Of a stretch of DNA of 64,000 nt, positions 56,222 through 64,000 are shown piece by piece. The notes beneath the pieces were generated by a model. That model was not told the origin of the DNA. It did not search any database and saw only the letters and a list, made by a program, of their open reading frames with translations. Source of the stretch: Bacteroidota bacterium (GTDB taxonomy: Bacteria > Bacteroidota > Bacteroidia > Palsa-965). Within the stretch, counting starts at the first letter, position 1. Every line of letters begins with the position of its first letter. Position numbers and translations under genes: made by a program. Where the stretch lies: NCBI GenBank assembly GCA_013288325.1, contig JABDCB010000003.1:26015-90014 (forward strand). Direction: 5' to 3'.

Positions 56222-56635
56222 TCAACTTATTTTCTCCATATAGGATTGCAACAGAATTGTTGCACTTATTTCATCTACAAGCTCTTTATTCTGTCTATCC
56301 TTTTTTTTCAACCCGCTGTCAATCATTGTCTGAAAAGCCATCTGAGAACTGAACCGCTCATCAATCCTTTCAATCTTAAGGTCAGGGAAATTTTTTTTCA
56401 GACTCACTAAAAATTGTTCTACATATTTTGCCGAATCGCTGGGTGTATTATCCAGCTTTTTAGGCTCTCCCAATACCAGGCAATCCACTTGCTCTTTACT
56501 AAAATATTTTTTTAAAAAAGAGATGATATCTTTAGCAGGTACAGTCTTTAATCCGGTCGCAATAATACGGGAACTATCCGTTACAGCAACTCCCACCCTT
56601 TTGGTCCCATAATCAATTGCCATAATCCTGCCCAT
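56222..56635 (-). CDS. ruvX: Holliday junction resolvase-like protein RuvX/YqgF
   Basis: 137 aa. MAIDYGTKRVGVAVTD... RNase H-like YqgF pattern. Confidence 0.85.
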   Translation of the reverse strand: MGRIMAIDYGTKRVGVAVTDSSRIIATGLKTVPAKDIISFLKKYFSKEQVDCLVLGEPKKLDNTPSDSAKYVEQFLVSLKKNFPDLKIERIDERFSSQMAFQTMIDSGLKKKDRQNKELVDEISATILLQSYMEKIS

Positions 56636-56707
56636 GCCACTATATTATATCAGGGCAAATTTAAGGGTATTTTTCTTAGTTTTGTCTTTCTAAGTTTAAA
56701 ACACACT

Positions 56708-57538
56708 ATGTATAACAGCACACTTATCCAACCTTTAATTGAAGCTGCCTGGCTCAACCGCGAACTTCTTAAAGAAACCCACACCCAGGATGTTATCCGG
56801 GAAGTGATTCAAAGCCTTGATAAGGGCTATATCCGGGTGGCCGAACCTCCTGTAAGTGGTGATCAGTGGAAGGTGAACGAATGGGTTAAAAAAGCTGTTA
56901 TCCTTTATTTCCCGATTCAGAAAATGGAAACCTTCGAGGTAGGACCATTGGAGTTTTATGATAAAATGGCATTGAAACGTAATTATGAGGCGCTTGGAGT
57001 ACGCGTTGTTCCGCATGCCGTGGCACGTTATGGTGCATTTCTTGCCAAAGGAGTGATTCTGATGCCAAGCTATGTAAATATTGGAGCCTACGTAGACGAA
57101 GGAACTATGGTAGATACCTGGGCAACAGTAGGCTCATGCGCTCAAATTGGTAAACATGTGCATCTGAGTGGAGGGGTTGGCATAGGTGGCGTACTTGAAC
57201 CCATCCAGGCAGCTCCCGTTATTATAGAAGACGGTTGCTTTATAGGTTCCCGTTGTATTGTTGTAGAAGGGGTTCATGTGCAAAAGGAAGCGGTGCTCGG
57301 AGCCAATGTAGTGCTTACAAAATCTACGCGTATCATTGATGTGAGTGGTGCCCAGCCAAAAGAATACAAAGGCTTTGTGCCATCGCGTTCGGTTGTTATT
57401 CCAGGTTCGTATACCAAAAAATTTCCGGCAGGAGATTATCAGGTACCGTGTGCACTTATTATCGGTCAGCGCAAAGAAAGCACCGATCTGAAAACATCGC
57501 TTAATAACGCGTTAAGAGAATACGATGTGGCTGTTTAA
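56708..57538 (+). CDS. dapD: 2,3,4,5-tetrahydropyridine-2,6-dicarboxylate N-succinyltransferase
   Basis: 276 aa. Left-handed beta-helix hexapeptide repeats (GAYVDEGTMVDTWATVGSCAQIGKHVHLSGGVGIGG). Confidence 0.85.
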   Translation: MYNSTLIQPLIEAAWLNRELLKETHTQDVIREVIQSLDKGYIRVAEPPVSGDQWKVNEWVKKAVILYFPIQKMETFEVGPLEFYDKMALKRNYEALGVRVVPHAVARYGAFLAKGVILMPSYVNIGAYVDEGTMVDTWATVGSCAQIGKHVHLSGGVGIGGVLEPIQAAPVIIEDGCFIGSRCIVVEGVHVQKEAVLGANVVLTKSTRIIDVSGAQPKEYKGFVPSRSVVIPGSYTKKFPAGDYQVPCALIIGQRKESTDLKTSLNNALREYDVAV

Positions 57539-57581
57539 ACCACTTCTGCCTCTTTCATAACCGCACCTTTTATCCGATATC

Positions 57582-58313
57582 ATGAAAAATCACATCAATA
57601 CATTCCTTATTGCCGCTGCAGTTGTTATCAGCGCCTGCATTTTTGGCGGTGCCTGGAAAAAGTCACATGCCGGAAAAAGCATGCTCGAAGTTACAGGTCT
57701 GGCCACACGTGATTTTGATTCCGACCTGATCGTATGGGAAGCGAGTTTTTCCAAAAAAGCGATGACTTTGAAAGATGCGTATAAAAACCTGAAAGATGAT
57801 GCGGAAATCATTCGCCGTTATCTGATTGATAAGGAAGGTTTGAAAGAGAGTGAAATTATTTTTTCAGCAGTAGCCATCAATAAAGAGTTTGAAAATCAAC
57901 GTACCGGACCGGAGGCCAGCAAACAGGTTTTTACCGGATACAACCTGACCCAGACTGTTTCTATTGAATCTAAGAATGTGGAAAAGATAGAACTCGTTTC
58001 CCGGCACATAACCGATCTGATAGATGCCGGAGTGGAATTATACTCCACCCCACCCCGTTACTATTATACCAAGCTGGCTGATCTCAAAATCGAAATGCTT
58101 GCCTCTGCCGCAAAAGATGCCCGTCAGCGGGCCGATAAAATCGCGGAGAATGCCGGAGGAAAGATAGAGCATCTAAAAAGTGCCGAAATGGGTGTATTTC
58201 AGATAACAGCTCCTAACTCCACGGAAGAATATTCATGGGGAGGTGCTTTTAATACCTCTTCCAAGAAAAAAACCGCCTGCATCACGGTCAAACTGGAGTT
58301 TATGATTGATTAA
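57582..58313 (+). CDS. SIMPL (DUF541) domain periplasmic protein
   Basis: 243 aa. N-terminal TM/signal. SIMPL-like pattern (SMLEVTGLATRDF..., ...ARQRADKIAENAGGKI...L...). Confidence 0.7.
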   Translation: MKNHINTFLIAAAVVISACIFGGAWKKSHAGKSMLEVTGLATRDFDSDLIVWEASFSKKAMTLKDAYKNLKDDAEIIRRYLIDKEGLKESEIIFSAVAINKEFENQRTGPEASKQVFTGYNLTQTVSIESKNVEKIELVSRHITDLIDAGVELYSTPPRYYYTKLADLKIEMLASAAKDARQRADKIAENAGGKIEHLKSAEMGVFQITAPNSTEEYSWGGAFNTSSKKKTACITVKLEFMID

Positions 58314-58333
58314 TAACCCGGCACAGACCAACC

Positions 58334-59326
58334 GTGAAACTACTCGTTATACAAACTGCTTTTATTGGCGATGCCATCCTGGCTACTGCTTTGCTGGAAA
58401 AACTGCATCATGCTTATCCGGCAGCTAAAATTGATTACCTGGTGAGGAAAGGAAATGAAAGCCTTTTCAAAGAACATCCTTATCTCCATGAATTGCTTGT
58501 TTGGGATAAAACAGCCAATAAACTTGGCAACCTCCTGAACATGGCGGGACAGATCAGGAAGGCGAAGTATGATTATGTGATTAATGCACACCGTCATACC
58601 AGCTCGGCATTTCTTACCGCTTTTTCCGGGGCGCAACACCGCTTTGGCTTTGATTCCAGCGTCCTATCTGTTTTCTTCACCAAACGCTTTCCTCATCTTA
58701 TCGGCAATGGGAAACATGAAACAGAACGCAATCAGGATCTTATCAGAGAAATCACCGATGATCATACTGCCCGGCCGCGACTCTATCCCTCTAAAGCCGA
58801 TGAGGAAAAAATCAGTGTACTCTTAAAAACGAATTCGCCTTCCCCTCAACCCTATATTTGTATAGCCCCTGCTTCTGTTTGGTTTACCAAACAGTTTCCC
58901 GCAGCGAAATGGATTGAGTTTATCGGAAAGAGAAAGGACATCCGAACTCCCGTTTATCTGCTCGGATCTCCTGCTGATCATGTCTTATGCGAACAAATTG
59001 TGGGCAGCTGTCCGGATGCTACCGTTATTAATATGTGCGGGAAAATAAGTCTCCTGGAATCAGCCGTACTGATAAAAGGTGCTGTAATGAATTATGTAAA
59101 CGATAGCGCCCCTCTTCATATTGCTTCCAGCATGAATGCACCCGTTACCGCAATCTTCTTATCTACGGTACCCCGCTTTGGGTTTGGTCCTCTTTCCGAT
59201 CAGAGCCGGATCATAGAGACAAAAGAAAAACTTTCCTGCAAGCCATGCGGACTGCATGGATTTAAAGCTTGCCCTAAAAAACATTTCCACTGCGCTACAA
59301 CAATTCAGACAGATAGCCTGCTCTGA
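58334..59326 (+). CDS. Glycosyltransferase family 9 (LPS heptosyltransferase-like)
   Basis: 330 aa. MKLLVIQTAFIGDAILATALLEKL N-terminus and C-terminal NDSAPLHIASS typical of GT9. Confidence 0.8.
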   Translation: MKLLVIQTAFIGDAILATALLEKLHHAYPAAKIDYLVRKGNESLFKEHPYLHELLVWDKTANKLGNLLNMAGQIRKAKYDYVINAHRHTSSAFLTAFSGAQHRFGFDSSVLSVFFTKRFPHLIGNGKHETERNQDLIREITDDHTARPRLYPSKADEEKISVLLKTNSPSPQPYICIAPASVWFTKQFPAAKWIEFIGKRKDIRTPVYLLGSPADHVLCEQIVGSCPDATVINMCGKISLLESAVLIKGAVMNYVNDSAPLHIASSMNAPVTAIFLSTVPRFGFGPLSDQSRIIETKEKLSCKPCGLHGFKACPKKHFHCATTIQTDSLL

Positions 59327-59363
59327 TAATAACCCTACTTTTGCACTTCCAATCTTAAACTAA

Positions 59364-60563
59364 ATGAATCAACCTCTTCCGGTTATTATCCTAAACGCAG
59401 GCAAGGAACAAAGCTCCCTTCGTTTTCATCCCTGGATTTTTTCGGGAGCTATTAAAAGCAAGAGCCGGGAGCTGGAAGAAGGAGAAGCTGTAGAAGTTCA
59501 CGACAGCAAGGGTACTGTTATCGGTATAGGACACTACCAAATCGGTAGTATTGCCGTCCGGCTTTTTTCTTTTCGTAAGGCAGAAATAGACGCCAAATTC
59601 TGGAAAAACAAACTGGTCCGCGCTTATAACCTCAGAAAGAAATTAGGTCTCACCGACAACCCGGACACCAATGCCTATCGTCTTCTTTTTGGTGAAGGAG
59701 ATGGCATGCCTGGACTTATCATAGACTATTATAATGGCACGGCTGTTATGCAAAGTCACTCTATCGGCATGTACCTTATCCGGGAGCAATTGTGCGAAGC
59801 CCTGCGGGAAATATACGGTGATCAGCTAAAAGCTATTTATGATAAAAGCGAGGAAACATTGCCTCATCTGGCTAAGATAAAAGCTGTAAACGGATGTTTG
59901 TGGGGCAAAACAGAGAGTACCGAAGTATTTGAAAACGGGAATCGTTTTTTTGTGGATTGGGAAGGCGGACAAAAAACAGGATTCTTTATCGATCAACGGG
60001 AAAGCCGTGAACTGGTATCCAGATATAGTGTTGGGAAAACGGTGCTCAATACCTTTTGTTATTCAGGTGGTTTTAGCATCTATGCCCTGGCAGCGGGAGC
60101 CCATACCGTGCATTCGGTCGACAGTTCCAAGAAAGCTATTGAACTGACAGATAGAAATGTTGAATTGAACAAAGACCGGTTTCCGGAAACAGCTATTCAT
60201 CAAAGTTATGCCGAGGATGTTTTTGACTTTTTAAAGGGCAAGGACAAAGTATATGATCTTATTATTCTGGACCCGCCTGCATTTGCCAAACATCAGAATG
60301 TCAAACACAATGCCGTACAGGGTTATAAAAGACTGAATCTGGAGGCATTAAAACAGATAAAGCCCGGAGGTATCTTATTTACCTTTTCCTGTTCCCAGGT
60401 CATAGACCGCTCCCTGTTTCGCGGAGCGGTGATGGCAGCAGCCATTGAATCGGGCCGAAGTGTCCGTATTTTACATCAGCTTAGCCAGCCGGCCGATCAT
60501 CCTGTCAGTATATTTCATCCGGAAGGGGAATACCTCAAAGGATTGATATTGTATGTCGAATAA
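59364..60563 (+). CDS. Class I SAM-dependent rRNA methyltransferase (RlmI/RlmK-like, PUA + MTase)
   Basis: 399 aa. N-terminal PUA-like region. SAM motif VLNTFCYSGGFS. DPPAF motif. Confidence 0.75.
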   Translation: MNQPLPVIILNAGKEQSSLRFHPWIFSGAIKSKSRELEEGEAVEVHDSKGTVIGIGHYQIGSIAVRLFSFRKAEIDAKFWKNKLVRAYNLRKKLGLTDNPDTNAYRLLFGEGDGMPGLIIDYYNGTAVMQSHSIGMYLIREQLCEALREIYGDQLKAIYDKSEETLPHLAKIKAVNGCLWGKTESTEVFENGNRFFVDWEGGQKTGFFIDQRESRELVSRYSVGKTVLNTFCYSGGFSIYALAAGAHTVHSVDSSKKAIELTDRNVELNKDRFPETAIHQSYAEDVFDFLKGKDKVYDLIILDPPAFAKHQNVKHNAVQGYKRLNLEALKQIKPGGILFTFSCSQVIDRSLFRGAVMAAAIESGRSVRILHQLSQPADHPVSIFHPEGEYLKGLILYVE

Positions 60564-60603
60564 GGCCTATCTCCTCCTTACAGATTATTTCTACTTTTGA
60601 TCC

Positions 60604-61563
60604 ATGAGAATTATTTTCCTTGGCACACCCGAATTTGCCACCGCCTCGCTCGATATCCTTGTAAAAAATGGGATGGAAGTAGTTGGTGTTATTACCGCAC
60701 CCGATCGTCCTGCAGGCAGAGGATTGCAACCACTGATGTCGGATGTAAAAAAATACGCTGTCAGCAAAGGGCTTCATGTTCTTCAGCCTGAGAAATTAAA
60801 GGATCCTGAATTTCTGGAAACATTAAAATCACTGAAAGCAGATCTTCAGATTGTAGTTGCTTTCCGTATGCTTCCGGAAGTTGTCTGGAATATGCCTCCA
60901 TTGGGTACGTTCAATCTTCATGCTTCCCTCCTGCCTCAATACCGGGGTGCGGCACCTATCAACAGGGCTATTATGAACGGAGAAACAGAAAGCGGAGTAA
61001 CCACTTTTTTTCTTGAACAACAGATTGATACCGGAAAGATCATCTTTCAGGAAAAGGTAGCCATCAGTGCGGAAGAAACGGCCGGTGAATTACATGATAC
61101 CCTTATGAACCTGGGTGCTGAGCTTGTTTTAAAAACCGTACAAGCTATTCAACAAGGAAATTATCCTCAACAGGATCAAAAGACCTATGAAGGAGCCAAT
61201 AAGTTAAAAGAAGCACCCAAGCTTTTCAAAGACGACTGTTTGATTCATTGGAACAATGGACTTGACAAGGTTCATAATCAGATCCGGGGACTAAGCCCCT
61301 ATCCGGCAGCCTTTACAGAGCTCATTTCTCCTGAAGGCAAGATCTATTCTATGAAGATTTTCCGGTGTGATAAAGAATCAACCGATCATGTTTCCCCAGT
61401 AGGGGCTCTAAAAACCGATGGCAAAATATTTATGGGTATTGCTTTACCTGGAGGATATATAGTTCCATCGGAGGTGCAACTTGCAGGTAAAAAGAGAATG
61501 CCTGTACAGGATTTTTTGAGAGGCTTTCCGATAAACGAGCATTGGAGGGTAAACACTGGATAA
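60604..61563 (+). CDS. fmt: Methionyl-tRNA formyltransferase
   Basis: MRIIFLGTPEFA..., HASLLPQYRGAAPI motif, C-terminal Fmt domain. Confidence 0.92.
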   Translation: MRIIFLGTPEFATASLDILVKNGMEVVGVITAPDRPAGRGLQPLMSDVKKYAVSKGLHVLQPEKLKDPEFLETLKSLKADLQIVVAFRMLPEVVWNMPPLGTFNLHASLLPQYRGAAPINRAIMNGETESGVTTFFLEQQIDTGKIIFQEKVAISAEETAGELHDTLMNLGAELVLKTVQAIQQGNYPQQDQKTYEGANKLKEAPKLFKDDCLIHWNNGLDKVHNQIRGLSPYPAAFTELISPEGKIYSMKIFRCDKESTDHVSPVGALKTDGKIFMGIALPGGYIVPSEVQLAGKKRMPVQDFLRGFPINEHWRVNTG

Positions 61564-61767
61564 TTCATCCTGTTGGATCTATATTCAACATTGGAATACC
61601 CGGAAACGATTATTCAGAATGCCTGATACCGGGTTGATTGGGTGCTATAAGTCCAAAATAACATAGTGAAATAGGGCTGTACGGGGCACAGTTATTAACA
61701 AAAGCCTTATTTATCAACAATTTTCAGCTTTTAATGCCCTGAAACTTGCGTAAACAGTGATTTGCCA

Positions 61768-61775
61768 TAAATTTG
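61768..61775 (+). promoter_or_regulatory. Putative -7 box (TAaaTTTG) for the HU gene
   Basis: 'taaatttg', about 40 bp upstream of the ATG at 61816. Confidence 0.35.
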
Positions 61776-61815
61776 TACGGTCAATAAAAACTTAACCTTT
61801 AAAAACAAAAATCAA

Positions 61816-62091
61816 ATGAACAAAGCAGAATTAATCGATGCTATTGCTTCTGAAGCAAAAATTTCTAAAGCAGAGGCTGGAAGAGCCGTTGATGGTTTTG
61901 TTAACGCAACCACCAAAGCTCTGAAAAAAGGAGACCGTGTAGCCCTCGTTGGTTTCGGTTCTTTTTCCGTGGCTAAACGTAACGCCCGCACAGGTCGTAA
62001 CCCACAGACTGGAAAAACCATCCAAATCAAGGCTAAAAAAGTTGCTAAGTTCAAAGCTGGTGCTGACCTGGCAAAAGCAGTGAACAAATAA
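61816..62091 (+). CDS. HU-family DNA-binding protein
   Basis: 91 aa. [11 protein letters not shown]...[18 protein letters not shown]... classic HU/IHF fold signature. Confidence 0.92.
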   Translation: MNKAELIDAIASEAKISKAEAGRAVDGFVNATTKALKKGDRVALVGFGSFSVAKRNARTGRNPQTGKTIQIKAKKVAKFKAGADLAKAVNK

Positions 62092-62234
62092 GCGATTTGC
62101 TTTTTTTGTTTAGCTCTCTTTCTAACCAAGGAGAACTGAAAAACCACCCCCTTCCCCTTCTTATCAAGGAGCGGATTAGGGGGTGGTCTTTTTATTTTAC
62201 CTAATTTCGCCGACAAGGATAAAATATAAAGCGT

Positions 62235-63284
62235 ATGTCAAAATCAGAAAAAATAAAAAATTTCGATCCTAATAATCTCGGTGATAAAAATGCCAACATC
62301 TTTGGTCTCCCGTTTACAACCACAGAGGCCGATCTTGTGATCATTCCTGTACCCTGGGAGGTAACTGTTTCCTATAGTGCCGGCACAGCTCTGGGCCCCC
62401 AGGCAATTTTTGATGCTTCCTTTCAGGTTGATCTTTACGATCCGGAAATAAAAGATGCATGGAAAACAGGAATTGCCATGGACGAAATACCGCGCGCTGT
62501 AGCAGCAAAAAGCAAAGCTCTCCGTAAAAAAGCGGAAACCTGTATACGCATGCTCGAAGATGGTAAAACACCGGAAAAGAGCCAAGTCCTCCGAAAAGCA
62601 CAATCTGAGATCAACGCTGCCTGCAAAGAGATGAACAGCTGGGTAAAAAAACGCTGTCTTCACTTTATGAATAAAAATAAACTCGTCGCCCTGTTAGGCG
62701 GAGATCATAGTACTCCCCTTGGGATGATGCAGGCACTGGCCGAGAAAAATGATTCGTTCGGAATACTCCAGATTGATGCCCATGCCGATTTGCGCGACTC
62801 ATTCGAAGGGTTTACCTATTCACATGCCTCCATCATGTTTAATGCCCTTCAGATTCCACAGGTAAGTAAACTGGTGCAGGTAGGCATCCGCGACTATTGT
62901 GAAGCGGAAGCAGAGCTGGTAAAAAAATCAAAGGGGCGTATCCGATGCTTTTATGACCGTGATATCAAGAATCGTCAATACGAAGGCGATACCTGGAAAG
63001 AAACATGCAAAGACATCGTGGATGCTTTACCTCAAAACATATACCTGAGTTTTGACATCGATGGTCTTGATCCTAAACTTTGCCCAAATACAGGCACTCC
63101 TGTTGCCGGAGGTTTTGAAGCGGAGCAGGTACTCTTTTTGATCGATCAGGTACTAAAAAGCGGCAAAACCATTCTGGCATTTGATATCAACGAGGTAGCC
63201 CCGGGTAAAGATGAATGGGATGCCAATGTGGGAGCACGCATGCTCTACCGAATTGCCAATAGTGTGGCACATTCACACCGGTAG
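62235..63284 (+). CDS. Arginase/agmatinase/formiminoglutamase-family ureohydrolase
   Basis: 349 aa. GGDHS, DAHADL, SFDIDGLDP metal-binding motifs. Confidence 0.8.
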   Translation: MSKSEKIKNFDPNNLGDKNANIFGLPFTTTEADLVIIPVPWEVTVSYSAGTALGPQAIFDASFQVDLYDPEIKDAWKTGIAMDEIPRAVAAKSKALRKKAETCIRMLEDGKTPEKSQVLRKAQSEINAACKEMNSWVKKRCLHFMNKNKLVALLGGDHSTPLGMMQALAEKNDSFGILQIDAHADLRDSFEGFTYSHASIMFNALQIPQVSKLVQVGIRDYCEAEAELVKKSKGRIRCFYDRDIKNRQYEGDTWKETCKDIVDALPQNIYLSFDIDGLDPKLCPNTGTPVAGGFEAEQVLFLIDQVLKSGKTILAFDINEVAPGKDEWDANVGARMLYRIANSVAHSHR

Positions 63285-63333
63285 TTCTCTTCTCAAACAC
63301 AAACGCATCCTTTTGAACAAAAACAACCTCTTC

Positions 63334-64000
63334 ATGGATCCAATCATCCGTCAGGAATTATATGAGTATCTGGCCCGCTTTATTACCGAAAATAAGCGGA
63401 GCAAGATTGAGGAGATGGTAAGACTCCGAACCCGTTATCTAACGGTGGTTCTGGAAGATATTTACCAACCTCACAATGCCAGTGCCGTACTCCGTACCTG
63501 CGAGTGCTTCGGTATTCAGGATGTACATATCATCGAAAACAGGAATAAATACACCATCAACCCGGATGTGGTGATGGGATCCACCAAATGGATGAATATG
63601 TACAAATATTCCGGCCAGGCCAATAATACCCCGGAAGCTTTGCATCATCTGAAAAAGAAGGGGTACCGGATTGTAGCCAGCACTCCTCACCGGAATGACA
63701 TAACCATTGAAACGCTTGATCTGAACCCCGGCAAAATAGCCCTTGTAATAGGTACTGAGATAGACGGTATCTCTCAGGATGTATTTGATATGGCCGATGA
63801 ATTTGTAAAGATTCCTATGTTCGGATTTACCGAAAGCTTTAACCTCTCCGTTACGGCTGCCATGTGTCTGCATACGTTAAGCAATAAACTAAGGCCGAGT
63901 AATCTTCCCTGGCAGCTTCCTGAGTCTGACCAACTGGAACTGAAGATTGAATGGTGTAAAAACATCCTGTCAAAGCCTCATCTGGTGGAAGCTGAATTCT
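63334..64000 (+). CDS. SpoU/TrmH-family RNA 2'-O-methyltransferase (partial, continues past the window end)
   Basis: Frame-1 ORF from the ATG at 63334 with no stop before 64000. SPOUT motifs (ALVIGTEIDGIS, IPMFGFTESFNLSVTAAMCL). Not in the ORF track because it lacks a stop. Confidence 0.7.
   Translation, partial: MDPIIRQELYEYLARFITENKRSKIEEMVRLRTRYLTVVLEDIYQPHNASAVLRTCECFGIQDVHIIENRNKYTINPDVVMGSTKWMNMYKYSGQANNTPEALHHLKKKGYRIVASTPHRNDITIETLDLNPGKIALVIGTEIDGISQDVFDMADEFVKIPMFGFTESFNLSVTAAMCLHTLSNKLRPSNLPWQLPESDQLELKIEWCKNILSKPHLVEAEF

Overview
The window looks like Bacteroidota chromosomal DNA. The evidence is a T9SS type-B C-terminal domain with SprB repeats, TAnnTTTG promoter -7 boxes, no Shine-Dalgarno sequences, and the conserved bamD-rpoZ-coaBC-DUF4835 block. 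Most of it is core housekeeping. Recognisable genes include the gyrA 3' end, coaBC, rpoZ, sucC, clpS, plsY, prmA, tpiA, folP, def, ruvX, dapD, fmt, an HU gene, tRNA-Ser, two two-component systems, an oligopeptide-type ABC importer and a DEAD-box helicase. The stretches that do not look ordinary are listed here.

- A 1.35-kb non-coding composite repeat array at 1643-2996 whose only unique spacer is exactly filled by a 101-aa ORF.
- A dispersed G-rich palindromic motif family with G-quadruplex potential (1643-2748, 12376-12447, 40891-40956).
- A 1.2-kb gene-free pyrimidine-rich stretch that looks like a decayed minus-strand gene (about 3290-3875).
- A 1325-aa SprB-repeat/PKD adhesin with a T9SS C-terminal sorting domain.
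- A 2233-aa giant protein combining a TPR/PD40 N-terminal module, a roughly 1000-aa K/E/A/T-rich coiled-coil region, near-identical 78-bp (26-aa His-Glu-Thr-rich) tandem repeats and three C-terminal SPOR-like domains.
- A conserved but uncharacterised DUF1190(YgiB-like)/GspS-like ATP-grasp amidoligase pair, followed by a class-III aminotransferase.
- A small Lys-rich secreted repeat peptide followed by a strong terminator.
- A roughly 600-bp palindrome-rich low-complexity region and a candidate structured ncRNA with a duplicated module, both at the 3' side of tRNA-Ser. This is a classical integration hot spot, although no integrase is present in the window.

No CRISPR array, transposase, integrase or prophage genes were seen.
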